Assembly (NCBI GenBank): GCA_965644315.1 | Contig: CBFFRQ010000039.1 | Span: 62,001 to 126,000 of the forward strand | DNA: 64,000 bases | DNA from: Caecitellus pseudoparvulus | Lineage: Eukaryota > Protista > Bigyra: Bicosoecida | Reading direction: 5' to 3' | Shown here: piece by piece, positions 50,767-60,502 of the stretch | Position numbering within the stretch: position 1 is the stretch's first letter | Layout of the letters: every line of letters starts with the position of its first letter | Notes under the pieces: model-generated | Database searches by the model: none | What the model saw: only the letters and a program-made list of their open reading frames with translations | Told to the model about the DNA's origin: nothing | Translations under genes and position numbers: made by a program

Positions 50767-53625
50767 ATGGCGGCAGCAGAAGTACCCACTGAGGCTGGAG
50801 CCAGCGAGCGCAAGAAAGGGCCGTTTGAGAAGCTGTGCAGGTCTGGGTTGCGCGTGAGCCGCCCAGCCGGGGTGCCAAAGGAACATGAAGAACTCTGGAA
50901 GAAGATGGTGCTCGACAAGGCAAGTCCTTTCCTGCCCATGGACCACTTGATTGAAGCCTTCACAATACTAGCATCAATGACAGACAGCTTGCATGCGTCA
51001 GCACCAACACCGCGGACCTTTTTGTTCACCGGGCAGAAGGGCATTGGGAAGTCCCACCTGTTCCGCAAGTTTGCCAAACACGTCGGAGAACTCAACAAGA
51101 AAGCAGCGGGTGGAAGGCTCACCATTTGCTGCTGCACTGATCTTCAAGACCACAGTTCCTCAGAGTATGAAAACTTTCATGAGTGGCTGTTCCATGAGAT
51201 CGCTGACAAGCTCGATGAACTGAAACGACACCAAGAAGTGGAAGAAGTGCTCCGCAACCTCGCCACCCATGCTGCAGGCTCGACGAACGACAACGTAAGA
51301 AGGAAGCACCTCCCAGCCATAATGAACTTGCGTGATAGCTCCAAGGATCTGTCGCCCGAGGTGCGCGAAGTAATTTCAAGTGCCAGAGAGTTTGGCCGGT
51401 TGGCCATCGCGAGCGCATTGCTGAAGAACTTCAACATCGCGGTCATCGTGATCGTTGATGAAGCAGAGCACCTCTACCAGGAACGCAAGTTCGACTTCGC
51501 AACCACCAAACGATGGCAGGATCAAATGGAGGGTGCTCTTCGTTTGGTTGAGCCCTCCATTGGCATGGTGGTCTGTGCGAGCTTCCAACGCGCCCGACAG
51601 CTGTTCCTGTCTGACGGATCACCCCATGACTTTCCCCCAGAGTACACACATGTGTCACTGCGAGGAAACTGGAACAAGACCAAGTTCAAAAGCAGGCGCC
51701 TAGGGGGTGCCATGTGGACGGAGACGTCACTCAAGGCTTTTCTGCTCACACACACGTGCAGGCAGGTGGACCCTTCATTCACACTATACAGAGGGAAAAC
51801 AAAGAAGCAGCAGCCTGGCGCAGCTGTGGACGCAGCACAGGAGGCATCAAGTGCAGTGGCGAAGGAGGAGAGGCAGCCGTCAGAAGCAGCGCTGGAAATG
51901 GCGAGGAAGCTTGACGCGGTGTTCCTGCAGCGCTGTAAGGGGGAGGATGAGATGAGCGACGCGGAAAAGCTCAAGTCCTCCCTGGAGCAGGCCCTGGAGC
52001 TGTATGGGCACACACCCCGGAACTTGGCCGATGCTGCATCCTTTCACTTGCGCTACTGGACGCCACCATCTCCATGGCCAGTACCCAAGGGCCCCGAGGT
52101 CATGGAGGACCTGTACCAGGCAAGCGAAGACCACGAGCAGGTGATGCGCTCATTCCTTGCGCTCTTGCCCACTGCCAAAAGGGCAGAGCTGCCAAGAGCC
52201 ACGGCGCTCGGATTCCGCTCCACGCGCTACGCCGTACTAAGAGGCAAGCTCACGAGGAAGTTGAAGGAGCCTTCTGAGCAGTCGCCCGCAGCAGCAGCAG
52301 GTGATGGCCCAGCACAGGGGCCAGCTACAACCACACCAGCCGCCACAAGGCTTATTGACAGCGCAATTGATGAGGGTTGGCTGGTGGAGCACGGGAAAGT
52401 CTTAGGTCTAGCCAGTCTTGGGGTGTACCGCATGTATTCGCGTGGAAAGGTGCACTTCCAGGTCATGAGGTGGATGCGGTTCAACGGATTCGGGCAGGAA
52501 GCCGAGCTGCCCATTACCCGCGCCCTGGCGAGGATGCCAGACCAAGACGGGGATGTCCTTGTGAAAGTCAGCTGCGCCTTGGCGAGGATGCCAGACCAAG
52601 ACGGGGATGACCTTGCAGAAGACGAAGATGGAGGAGAAGAGAGCAGCGAAGGTGGAGAAGAAGAGAGCAGCGAAGGCGAAGCAGATCCCCCCAAGCAAGC
52701 CGTCAAGGCCAGCAACAGCGACACCGAAGGCGGGAAGCTGGCGGGGGTGCGCATGACAGTCGTGACAGGCCGCACAGCAGACCCGCCTGCACAAGCGGCT
52801 GCACCAGCGGAGAGTGCTGGACCACCACACGCCGCAGCGGGAGCTGGCGGAGCTGATGGTGGAGGCCAGGCAGTCGGGGCTGAGGCAGATTGGGGTGCAC
52901 GTGCACGGGCTGCGTACGAGGCGCTTAAGCAGGTTCATGAGAGTCTGTGGGAGTACTTGGCTCTCCGCAAGGGTTCATTCTGGATGAAGGAGCTCCCAGA
53001 TGTCTACGGTGGCGACGTGATTCGGGTGTCCTATGAAGTGAAGGACGGCGTGCTAGCTGTGTGGATCATGCGTGTGCAGGTGAAGCGAGCCAACCAGGAG
53101 ACACTGAAGAAAGGGGACAAGAGCAAAGCGGGAGCTGCCGCGGTGCGGACGGCAGTGGAAGGCTTGATGGGTGTGGAGCCGTATGGCAGAGCGAAGCGGG
53201 AGGACATTGAGCGGAAGCACAAGCCCGCTGTGCGTGCTGTGGGTGACTTGATTGCTGCCGCGAGATTGCTGTACAACCAGCCCAAACTAAGGCCTGATCA
53301 GATGCCAGCATGGGACAGGCTCTTCCAGGCCTACGTCGGGGGGGAGAAGTTTCACGTTGAGGATGGCGGCGCCATGATTGCCTTGACGCACACAGTCCCA
53401 GACGGCATGCGAGAGCATGTGGAGGGGCAGCTGGGCATCCGCATTGTGGACGGCACCAACCTGCGGGGGCACTGGGATATCCTGCAGAAAGCATGCGATG
53501 AGGAGGGGGTATACTTGGAGAATGCTGGCGCCAAACCAGAAGAGGCAGCGGGGTCAAGTCGGCCACGTACGGAGCAAGACAAACTTGACGCGATGTTTGA
53601 AGAGTTCAAGGGAAAGGAGGCGTGA
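50767..53625 (+). CDS. STAND-like P-loop NTPase + winged helix + PD-(D/E)xK (Mrr/REase-like) nuclease; Crinkler/CR-type architecture; intronless
   Basis: Walker A FLFTGQKGIGKS (51031-51054), Walker B VIVIVDE (~51457), sensor-like VVCAS, GxP-like LYGHTPRNL (~52006), wHTH-like LIDSAIDEGWLVE. Nuclease motifs PDVYGGD...IMRVQVK (~52996-53085) and IALT...IRIVDGTNL. GC is lower than host genes (30/60 at 51181-51240). Confidence 0.75.
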   Translation: MAAAEVPTEAGASERKKGPFEKLCRSGLRVSRPAGVPKEHEELWKKMVLDKASPFLPMDHLIEAFTILASMTDSLHASAPTPRTFLFTGQKGIGKSHLFRKFAKHVGELNKKAAGGRLTICCCTDLQDHSSSEYENFHEWLFHEIADKLDELKRHQEVEEVLRNLATHAAGSTNDNVRRKHLPAIMNLRDSSKDLSPEVREVISSAREFGRLAIASALLKNFNIAVIVIVDEAEHLYQERKFDFATTKRWQDQMEGALRLVEPSIGMVVCASFQRARQLFLSDGSPHDFPPEYTHVSLRGNWNKTKFKSRRLGGAMWTETSLKAFLLTHTCRQVDPSFTLYRGKTKKQQPGAAVDAAQEASSAVAKEERQPSEAALEMARKLDAVFLQRCKGEDEMSDAEKLKSSLEQALELYGHTPRNLADAASFHLRYWTPPSPWPVPKGPEVMEDLYQASEDHEQVMRSFLALLPTAKRAELPRATALGFRSTRYAVLRGKLTRKLKEPSEQSPAAAAGDGPAQGPATTTPAATRLIDSAIDEGWLVEHGKVLGLASLGVYRMYSRGKVHFQVMRWMRFNGFGQEAELPITRALARMPDQDGDVLVKVSCALARMPDQDGDDLAEDEDGGEESSEGGEEESSEGEADPPKQAVKASNSDTEGGKLAGVRMTVVTGRTADPPAQAAAPAESAGPPHAAAGAGGADGGGQAVGAEADWGARARAAYEALKQVHESLWEYLALRKGSFWMKELPDVYGGDVIRVSYEVKDGVLAVWIMRVQVKRANQETLKKGDKSKAGAAAVRTAVEGLMGVEPYGRAKREDIERKHKPAVRAVGDLIAAARLLYNQPKLRPDQMPAWDRLFQAYVGGEKFHVEDGGAMIALTHTVPDGMREHVEGQLGIRIVDGTNLRGHWDILQKACDEEGVYLENAGAKPEEAAGSSRPRTEQDKLDAMFEEFKGKEA
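52520..52680 (+). repeat. Internal tandem duplications in the NTPase-nuclease gene (54-nt period ALARMPDQDGD x2; GGEE(E)SSE x2)
   Basis: gcgccYtggcgaggatgccagaccaagacggggatgWccttg at 52520 and 52574; gaagagagcagcgaagg twice at about 52635-52677. Confidence 0.9.
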
Positions 53626-53629
53626 GACG

Positions 53630-55810
53630 AAACGACTCAAGGAATGCAGTGCCGTGAGCACGGAGTCAAAAGTGCTGCAAAACAACTCCAGAAGGCTCGA
53701 GCTTGGTGCCTCGAAAGAACATTCAAAAGCACCGTATCGAGGAAGAAGAACACTGCAGATAGATGCAACACCCTGCATAGAACACTGACCAGGAGCGAAG
53801 AACCCAACACTGGCTGAACGAGTGACATCTCGACTACCACTCAAGACATGACTACACTGCAAGCCAGTTGCACTTGCAAGTGAAAACCCGCTGGCGTTGG
53901 GCATTCTTTGGGTAAGGGGCCTTCTGACAGGAGAAACGTTGACGAAATGTGTTCCAGTTTAGGTTGAGAACTCTAGTGCTTGAGCGGAAGAAAAACGAAA
54001 AGTGCAATCTCAGTCACTGACTTTGTTGCCATGTCGAAACCGAATCATTGTAGCCTTCCTGTGACCGGATTTTACATTCGCTGGTACTTTTGACGCTTGT
54101 CAGACTACGCAGTTGGAGTCTACTTTTGGCCATTCTGGCAATCAGACGAGAAACGAAAGCAGCTCTGTGCCTGGTTCAAAGCGAGCCCAAGCGTACAGTA
54201 GTCACATGCACTTGAACGGCATGTGGCGTGATGATGCATGACTTGCTTCAAAGCGGTCGGCCTTCTAAAAGTTACTTGAGCGATGCAATCCTTGAGCATT
54301 CCTTCGTTCAGCATCCCACCCCTCAGAGTTCGCCACGGGTACAAATGACATGACTACTCACAGAAATCTAATTCCTTGCCTGGTGTGTGTTGGTATACTT
54401 CGAGGAACCGGGAAAGCACTTCTTTCTCATGCTTTGCTTGCTGCGACTAGTAGACGAGCAAGACAATATCGTGTGCATTCATGTTAAGCAATGAATCAAG
54501 ATAAAGAATTACAAAAAGAAACACTTCTCAGAACTCTCCCAGGGTAGTTTGACAAGGGGACAGGGTTGCAAAATAGTCTGCCGCAGAACATTTTTGTACG
54601 GAAGGTGCTCGTTAGAGTCCGGATTATCGAATACCAGGAGTGCTTGGTGTGAGGAAAACCTTCACAGTCCTTCACAATATGTTGTACATCCTAGCTACAG
54701 AATTAAAGACGCCAAAGCTTAGAACAAGCCCATTCTGTCTGAGAATGCTCCAAAAAGTTTTGTTTAGAACGAAAAAGAAGCGCCGTTTGGCCCACTCTTG
54801 TCATTGAGTACATTGATCAGACTTTCCGTGGAAAGCCAAACAACATGCCCTTCATTGGTCACAACACTTTGTGGCTTGAGTCAAGTCAGGCAACGAGCAA
54901 GTCGATAAACTGTTGTCACAGGGATTTATCAATGAAGAAACCGAGTTGTTTAACACGGTCAGCACACATAAACGAGCATAGCTTCACAGGAAGGCAATAG
55001 CATTAGACAGGTTCCTCGTTCAAAGCAGGATGTTGCGTTCACTTCCGAGAAATCACCATCTTCACAGAACTCATTTACCAAGCACTGATCATGGTATCAG
55101 AGTAATGACAATGGTTGCAAGCAGGCACATGGAGCATCTTGAAACCGCGATATGAAGGGGTAAGGGTTCTTCGGTAAAGATTGGCGGCTTCCCGAACTAT
55201 TCAAGTACTCGTGACGCCAGTTTCCTACAGACGGACATGCGGAGGTCAGCGATCCACTTGAGCTTTCTGCTAAATGCCAGTACTCTGGCGAACGGTTCGT
55301 CTTCATTTTTATCCCTACCAAGTGTGAACTATTGCATATTGCACTTTTTCTGTCAACATGCAACCGCGCAATTTTTACACTTTGAACGAGCTGTGGCTTT
55401 CGATGTCCATTGGACTTCTATAGAGTAGACCTTTATCAAGTTTTATTCTTCAACATATCTGCGCTAGGTTGTGCGCCACTATGCATAAATTGCACTCATC
55501 CTATTGGAAGCTTGGATCAGAGCAGAACAAACTCGTTCACTACCTTCGATATCATCCGTTGAAGGTTTGAAAGAAGACTGTACTGTGCTCCTCTGTTTGA
55601 AATCTGGTAGGGTTGTGTTGATCTTTGCGCGTTGTTTTCAACAAGTCCGCGCATTCTTTGCCGGATGCAATGTAAGTCATGATTCGTAGCTGTGCGCATA
55701 GTTGTAGACTCTTTCGGTCGAATGAGATTTGTGAATTTCCATTTTGATTGCAGATCGTGTTGCGATGTGTTGAAAGAACTTCTTTGATTGATGTCTACGG
55801 GCAAGCCACC
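53630..55810. other. ~2.2-kb AT-rich, gene-free segment (GC trough)
   Basis: Sample lines count 19/60 GC (54481-54540) and 22/60 GC (54721-54780), against about 40/60 in housekeeping CDS. No credible ORF. By far the largest intergenic gap in the window. Confidence 0.85.
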
Positions 55811-55815
55811 ATACA

Positions 55816-57384
55816 CTACTGACCAACAACTCGATAGCGTGGGTAGTCTGGATGCTGCTGCAGCCACTCAACTGCCACCTCCCTGTCGGCATCGCTGAGA
55901 TGATACCTCTGTCCGCCGAGCACGTCTGCAACACGTACGCGCACGCCGCAAATGGAAAGCTCTGTTCTTCCTGCAGATTGTGCTGCTTCCGCAGCTTGCT
56001 GCAGCTCCTCCAAACTGACCCTCACGATGTTGGGACGCGGAACGTCAGGTGTTGGAGCAGGCCTGCCCAAGCGCACAGGGTCCAATGCCAGCTTGCGTGA
56101 CAAGGAGCACATCAAGTACCTTTTCGGCCGTTCACCACGTTGCCCTGGCCTAGGGTGCGGTCGTGGTGCTGGCACTGGTTGTGGCGCTGGCACTGGATGT
56201 GGCCTGTCGTACACATGGGCTGGCTCTGCAGGAGCGCCTGGAGATGAGACAACTTCTAAGTATGATGGGGGTGTTGTCCGAGGTGGCTGTGCCGGGCGGG
56301 GATGGCGGATTCGCGAGGGTCTGCGGGAGAAGTCCGGTAGGTCGTGCAGCACCAAGGTCCGTGTGCCGCCCTGGTACAGGGTGGAGTCGTGCTGTGTGAG
56401 GGCTCGGTAGTTGCGGTTGATGCGTTTGCCCCAGAGGTGTACTTTCCAAGGCCCCACTGCATCCTTATCGCTGCGGGTGCATGTTGCCCAGACAGCGGTG
56501 AAGATGCTGCTTTCCTGGGCAGGGTTCTTCCCATCTGCCGACCCGACAAAGACCAGGCGGTGTCGGGGCTGCGCTGAGACCAGAAGGGCCAGCATCTCTG
56601 CGGCAATGGTTCGGTCCACGCCTTGCTCGCCTTCTCCGAGCCTACGGCATTCGATGTAGCTTTTGTATCCGTGGGCATCCAGAATGCGCTGGATGGCAGC
56701 TTGCTCTCGCTTGTCGCCAGCGGAAGCACCCGCAAACTTGAAGGTTGGCACATCAGCGTAGTTGGGGTTCTCTGCCTTTGCTTGCTGTCGCATGCTGGCT
56801 TCTAGGGTGACAATCATGCCGCCCAGGCGCTCAATCGGCGTGTTTGTTGTGTGGAGGATGTTGGAGATGTCGAGGAAGATGTGCCATTGGTACTCGCTAT
56901 ATGGCTCGTGGGCGTTGGGGATGGGTGGGGGGCGTGCACGTAGCCACGACTTGACCTCGGCGATGATGTTGCTTGCAGTGACAGTGGACTGCTGCACATC
57001 TCCAACATTGGAAGTCACCAGTGTTTTGCACACGTAGTTTGTGTTCCCTGCTCCGTCGACCAAGGTTTCCACTCCCTGATGCAGAAGGAATGTACAGTTC
57101 CCTTGCCGTGCGATTGCTTGCAGTTCTTGCTCCTTCTCCTCAAGCTCCGCTGCGGGGAAGGGAGGGTTGTTTGGCGTGTTGCGCCAACAATGTGCGGTGC
57201 CGTAACGCAAGTAGTTGCCATACGGTCTGCAGCTTGTGCAAGCACGTGATGGGAGCAAAGCACTGTCAAACAGGCACAACAATTGAGAGGAAGACATACC
57301 AGCCACGTCGTAGGGCATGCAGATGGTCACAATGTCCGCATCGCGCGTGAGGCTGAAGCCATCCGCAGATTGCGGGGTGGCCAT
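55816..57384 (-). CDS. NYN (LabA/DUF88-type PIN-fold) ribonuclease with degenerate KH-like N-terminus, Pro-rich linker and C-terminal U-box-like domain
   Basis: NYN motifs HIFLDISNI (~56860-56880), EQGVD (~56614-56628), LVFVGSADG and WKVHLWG. U-box-like ends PKRYLMCSLSRKLALDPV...DREVAVEWLQQHP. ATG 57384; probable in-frame intron 57150-57299. Confidence 0.78.
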   Translation of the reverse strand: MATPQSADGFSLTRDADIVTICMPYDVAGMSSSQLLCLFDSALLPSRACTSCRPYGNYLRYGTAHCWRNTPNNPPFPAAELEEKEQELQAIARQGNCTFLLHQGVETLVDGAGNTNYVCKTLVTSNVGDVQQSTVTASNIIAEVKSWLRARPPPIPNAHEPYSEYQWHIFLDISNILHTTNTPIERLGGMIVTLEASMRQQAKAENPNYADVPTFKFAGASAGDKREQAAIQRILDAHGYKSYIECRRLGEGEQGVDRTIAAEMLALLVSAQPRHRLVFVGSADGKNPAQESSIFTAVWATCTRSDKDAVGPWKVHLWGKRINRNYRALTQHDSTLYQGGTRTLVLHDLPDFSRRPSRIRHPRPAQPPRTTPPSYLEVVSSPGAPAEPAHVYDRPHPVPAPQPVPAPRPHPRPGQRGERPKRYLMCSLSRKLALDPVRLGRPAPTPDVPRPNIVRVSLEELQQAAEAAQSAGRTELSICGVRVRVADVLGGQRYHLSDADREVAVEWLQQHPDYPRYRVVGQ

Positions 57385-57798
57385 GGTTGTCAGTGGTCGG
57401 CAACTGTGCAGGGAGCTGCAGCACAGTCGCACAGCTGGTGTGACGTGATGAAAGATTTAACTATGAGCGCACGTGGAATCGCTGGATTTTGTTATCTTTT
57501 TGCTGAAGTGGCCATTTGTGAAGTGGTTAGAATGCGGGGCTGCCGCGGATGCGCAACTGTCAACCTGGCGCAGCAATGGGGGCTGAGCGGGAGCTGTTTC
57601 TTTTCACAGAGGTCTGGCATGCGATATACACGCTCACAAGTCAGTCGTGTGTGCCAGACGCGGGGCGGGATCGAGCTGCGGGCCTGCAAGGGGAGGCGTG
57701 GACGCTGTACTCCAGCTCAAAAGGCCACATTCCTTGCACCCGACCTTGGTTCAGCAGGCAAGGGATGTGCATGAGGGTCCGTGTGCAGCAAGTTGATC

Positions 57799-59589
57799 AT
57801 GGCATGTGCTGTTAGTTTGGAGGACGGTACGTCCGAGTTGGCTGCTGGGGCTGACGAAGCGTTCGCCAAGGTAGGTGCGCTGCGGATTTTGAGGCGGAAA
57901 GAGTCTCCCACGTCTGCTGCCTGCCTCCTGCACAGTGGCTGAAGGACAATGGGGCGAGGTTTCCCAAGATTGTGTACCCCTCCCGAAAGACAGTTGGGGG
58001 TGTGCGTGGCACAGTTGCCTCGGCAGACATTGCGGTGAGCAGGGCGCTGACATGGCTGGCCCTGGTTTGTCCTGACGGCGGCAGGGCACCTCGCCTCCTT
58101 CCGCTGCCCTTCTCAGGCTGGTGAGGCATTCTTGAGCATTCCAGAGGCGCTCATGATGACGCCACCTGCAGCTCTGCGGAGTGACATCGGCGATGTGCTC
58201 AGCAGTGTCTGCGGCAAGGACGAAGACTTGGTGCTGGCTGTGTGGCTGCTGTGGGAGCGGCACTTGGGGCAGCGGTCCTTCTGGGCGCCCTACATCGCCG
58301 CCCTGCCACACCCCACCAGCATCGTGCACTGGTCAGCCAAGCAACTGGAGCAGCTGCAAGACCCCACCCTCGTGCACAGCGCCCAGTTCCGGGAGGCTGC
58401 TATGCGGGCCAAGTACGATGCCGCCTGGACACAGTTGGCTGCCGCTCACCCCGGCAGACTGCCGACGGAAGGCTTCTCGTATGAGGACTTCCGGTGGGCG
58501 TGGATGACGGTGCAGGCACGGGCCTTCGGCAGGCGCCTGCCGTGGACCGCCTTGGTCCCCTTCGCCGACAGCCTCAACCACGGCAACACCCCCGTGGTGT
58601 ACGATTTCGACGTGGACAGCAACGGCGCCTTCCGTCTCTTCGCGTCAGGGGGGGGTGGCACGCGTGCTGGGCAGGAGGTATTCAACTCGTACGGCCGCCG
58701 GCACAACCAGCATCTATGCCTGGAGTACGGCTTTGCCATGCTGCACAACGAGTGGGCTTACGCGAGTGTGACACTGCACCCCCCCTCAGTCGCGCAGGGC
58801 CTGTCCCAAGACCAAGCCGGCCTGCGCACCTCCCTCCTTGCCCGTGCGCGCATGCCCACGACAGGAGACTTTAAGCTCAGGTGGAACAAGTGGTCCCCCG
58901 CCCCCCTCACATACCTGCGCATCGTGCTGTCCAGTGCGGATGCTGCCGCCACCCATACGCCCAGTCAGCTGGCACGCAGCAGCATGGACCCTCATCGTGA
59001 GGTGGCTGCACTGCAGGAGCTGCGGGCAGTGTACTGGCACGCCCTGGCCGCCTACCCCACGTCCGTGGCGGAGGATGAGGAGGAGCTGCAGGCTCTGGGT
59101 GTGCAGGTGCAGGCGGGGAGCGCCGTGCACAGTGCTGCGTGGGCAGAGGCGGCGGCAGCGGCGGCGGCGGACCCCCCTCCCACCTGGCTCAAGTCCCCCC
59201 TGCCAGGGCAGTTCGGAACACCCGCCCCCATCAGCGAAGCGGTGGAGTCGTCTGCCGTACCACCCTCCTTGGCAGCTGCTCGCCACCTGTGTGCTCTTAC
59301 CTACCGCCTCACCACGAAACGCATCCTGCAGCAGCAGCTGGTGTGGACTCACGCCGCGCTGGCTGTGGCCCGGACTGTGGCTGCCAGCGCAGAGAGCGGC
59401 GTCGGTAGTGGCAAGCTGGGCATCCCCACAGCGCCCTCCTTCGCCTCCTGGGTGGACACTGTCGTCACTGCCGCCCACACCAAGTCTGTCGCGGCTGTGA
59501 CGTGCCCTGCCCCGGTCAAGCCGGCTGACGGAGCGCTGCCTGTTGAAGCACAGGACGGGCAAGGTGCCCCACAAAGGGCCTCTAAATAG
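57799..59589 (+). CDS. SET-domain protein methyltransferase, SETD3/Rubisco-LSMT family; 2 introns
   Basis: Spliced FAKWLKDNGA...GVRGTVASADIAAGEAFLSIP. SFWAPYIAALP, FRWAWMTVQARAF, LVPFADSLNH, GQEVFNSYG, YGF, followed by an LSMT substrate-binding-like region (YPTSVAEDEEEL). Confidence 0.92.
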
Positions 59590-59607
59590 ACACCATAGCT
59601 TGCGCCA

Positions 59608-60360
59608 TTACACTCGCCGCTTGGCGCCCAGCACTCCCAGGACGGACACAGGTGCAGGCGGGGCGGGCTGCGACTTGGCAGGCGTGGCAGCAGCTTGCGG
59701 CGCAGGCTGGGACACAGCAGCTGCCTCCGCGCTCTGTGTGGGCTTGGTGGGTGATGTGGCGATGCAGAACACCTGGTCTGGCTCGTCGGCCTGTGAGGCA
59801 GGTGGCGGGGTGCGCGCAGCAGCCTGCAGCAGTCTCGCTATGCGTGCCGCGTCGCTGCCCCCTGCCACCTGCACAGGTGTAAGGCCATGCGCATCCACAG
59901 CGTTGACGCTGGCACCAGCTTCGAGCAGTGCCTCCACACACTGCACGTGTCCGTACTTTGCCGCCTTGTGCAGGGCAGTGTCAGCGGCCCGAGTGACTCC
60001 ATCCCGCGTGTTGAGCCAAGACCCGCCTTTCAACAGCAGTTCCAACGCTGCCTGCCGTCCGAGAGCAGCCGCCAGGTGTAGGGGGAGAGACCCACACTCC
60101 GATGCGTTGACGTCGGCACCACTCCGTAGCAGGCTCTTCACCAAGTCCTCCTGCCCCGCCACGATGGCGACGTGCAGGAGTGACTGCTCGTCCTCGTCCC
60201 GAGCAGCCAGCACGTCGGCTGGGCGCTGCGCCAAGGCACTCTCCACTTTGGCGGGAAAGTTGTGGATGACAGCGGAGAAGAGATTCATGGTGGCTTCTGG
60301 GCTCAGCACCTTTGCGTGTGGACACCGCTCGGCGTCGTGGTCGTGCCCATCGTGGGCCAT
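59608..60360 (-). CDS. Ankyrin repeat protein (3-4 repeats)
   Basis: SLLHVAIVAGQEDLVKSLLRSGADVNA; PLHLAAALGR; TALHKAAKYGHVQCVEALLEAGASVNAVDAHGLTP. ATG at 60360. Confidence 0.9.
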   Translation of the reverse strand: MAHDGHDHDAERCPHAKVLSPEATMNLFSAVIHNFPAKVESALAQRPADVLAARDEDEQSLLHVAIVAGQEDLVKSLLRSGADVNASECGSLPLHLAAALGRQAALELLLKGGSWLNTRDGVTRAADTALHKAAKYGHVQCVEALLEAGASVNAVDAHGLTPVQVAGGSDAARIARLLQAAARTPPPASQADEPDQVFCIATSPTKPTQSAEAAAVSQPAPQAAATPAKSQPAPPAPVSVLGVLGAKRRV

Positions 60361-60502
60361 GGCGTGGTGCGGAAATCGGCAAACGCGCACTGTGCGCACA
60401 CGCAGCAAGCGATGCCACGGGAGCCCATGCACTGATGCGGTGGTTCTGCATGCGCAAGCTCGAAGGAAAGGGCGGGAGCGAGACGATAAGTGCACAGAAC
60501 AT

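Noticed and set aside
53630-55810. Intact endogenous virophage/Polinton or DNA transposon in the low-GC region
   Set aside because: Too short, with no ORFs for capsid, integrase, polymerase or transposase, and no terminal inverted repeats or target-site duplication seen.
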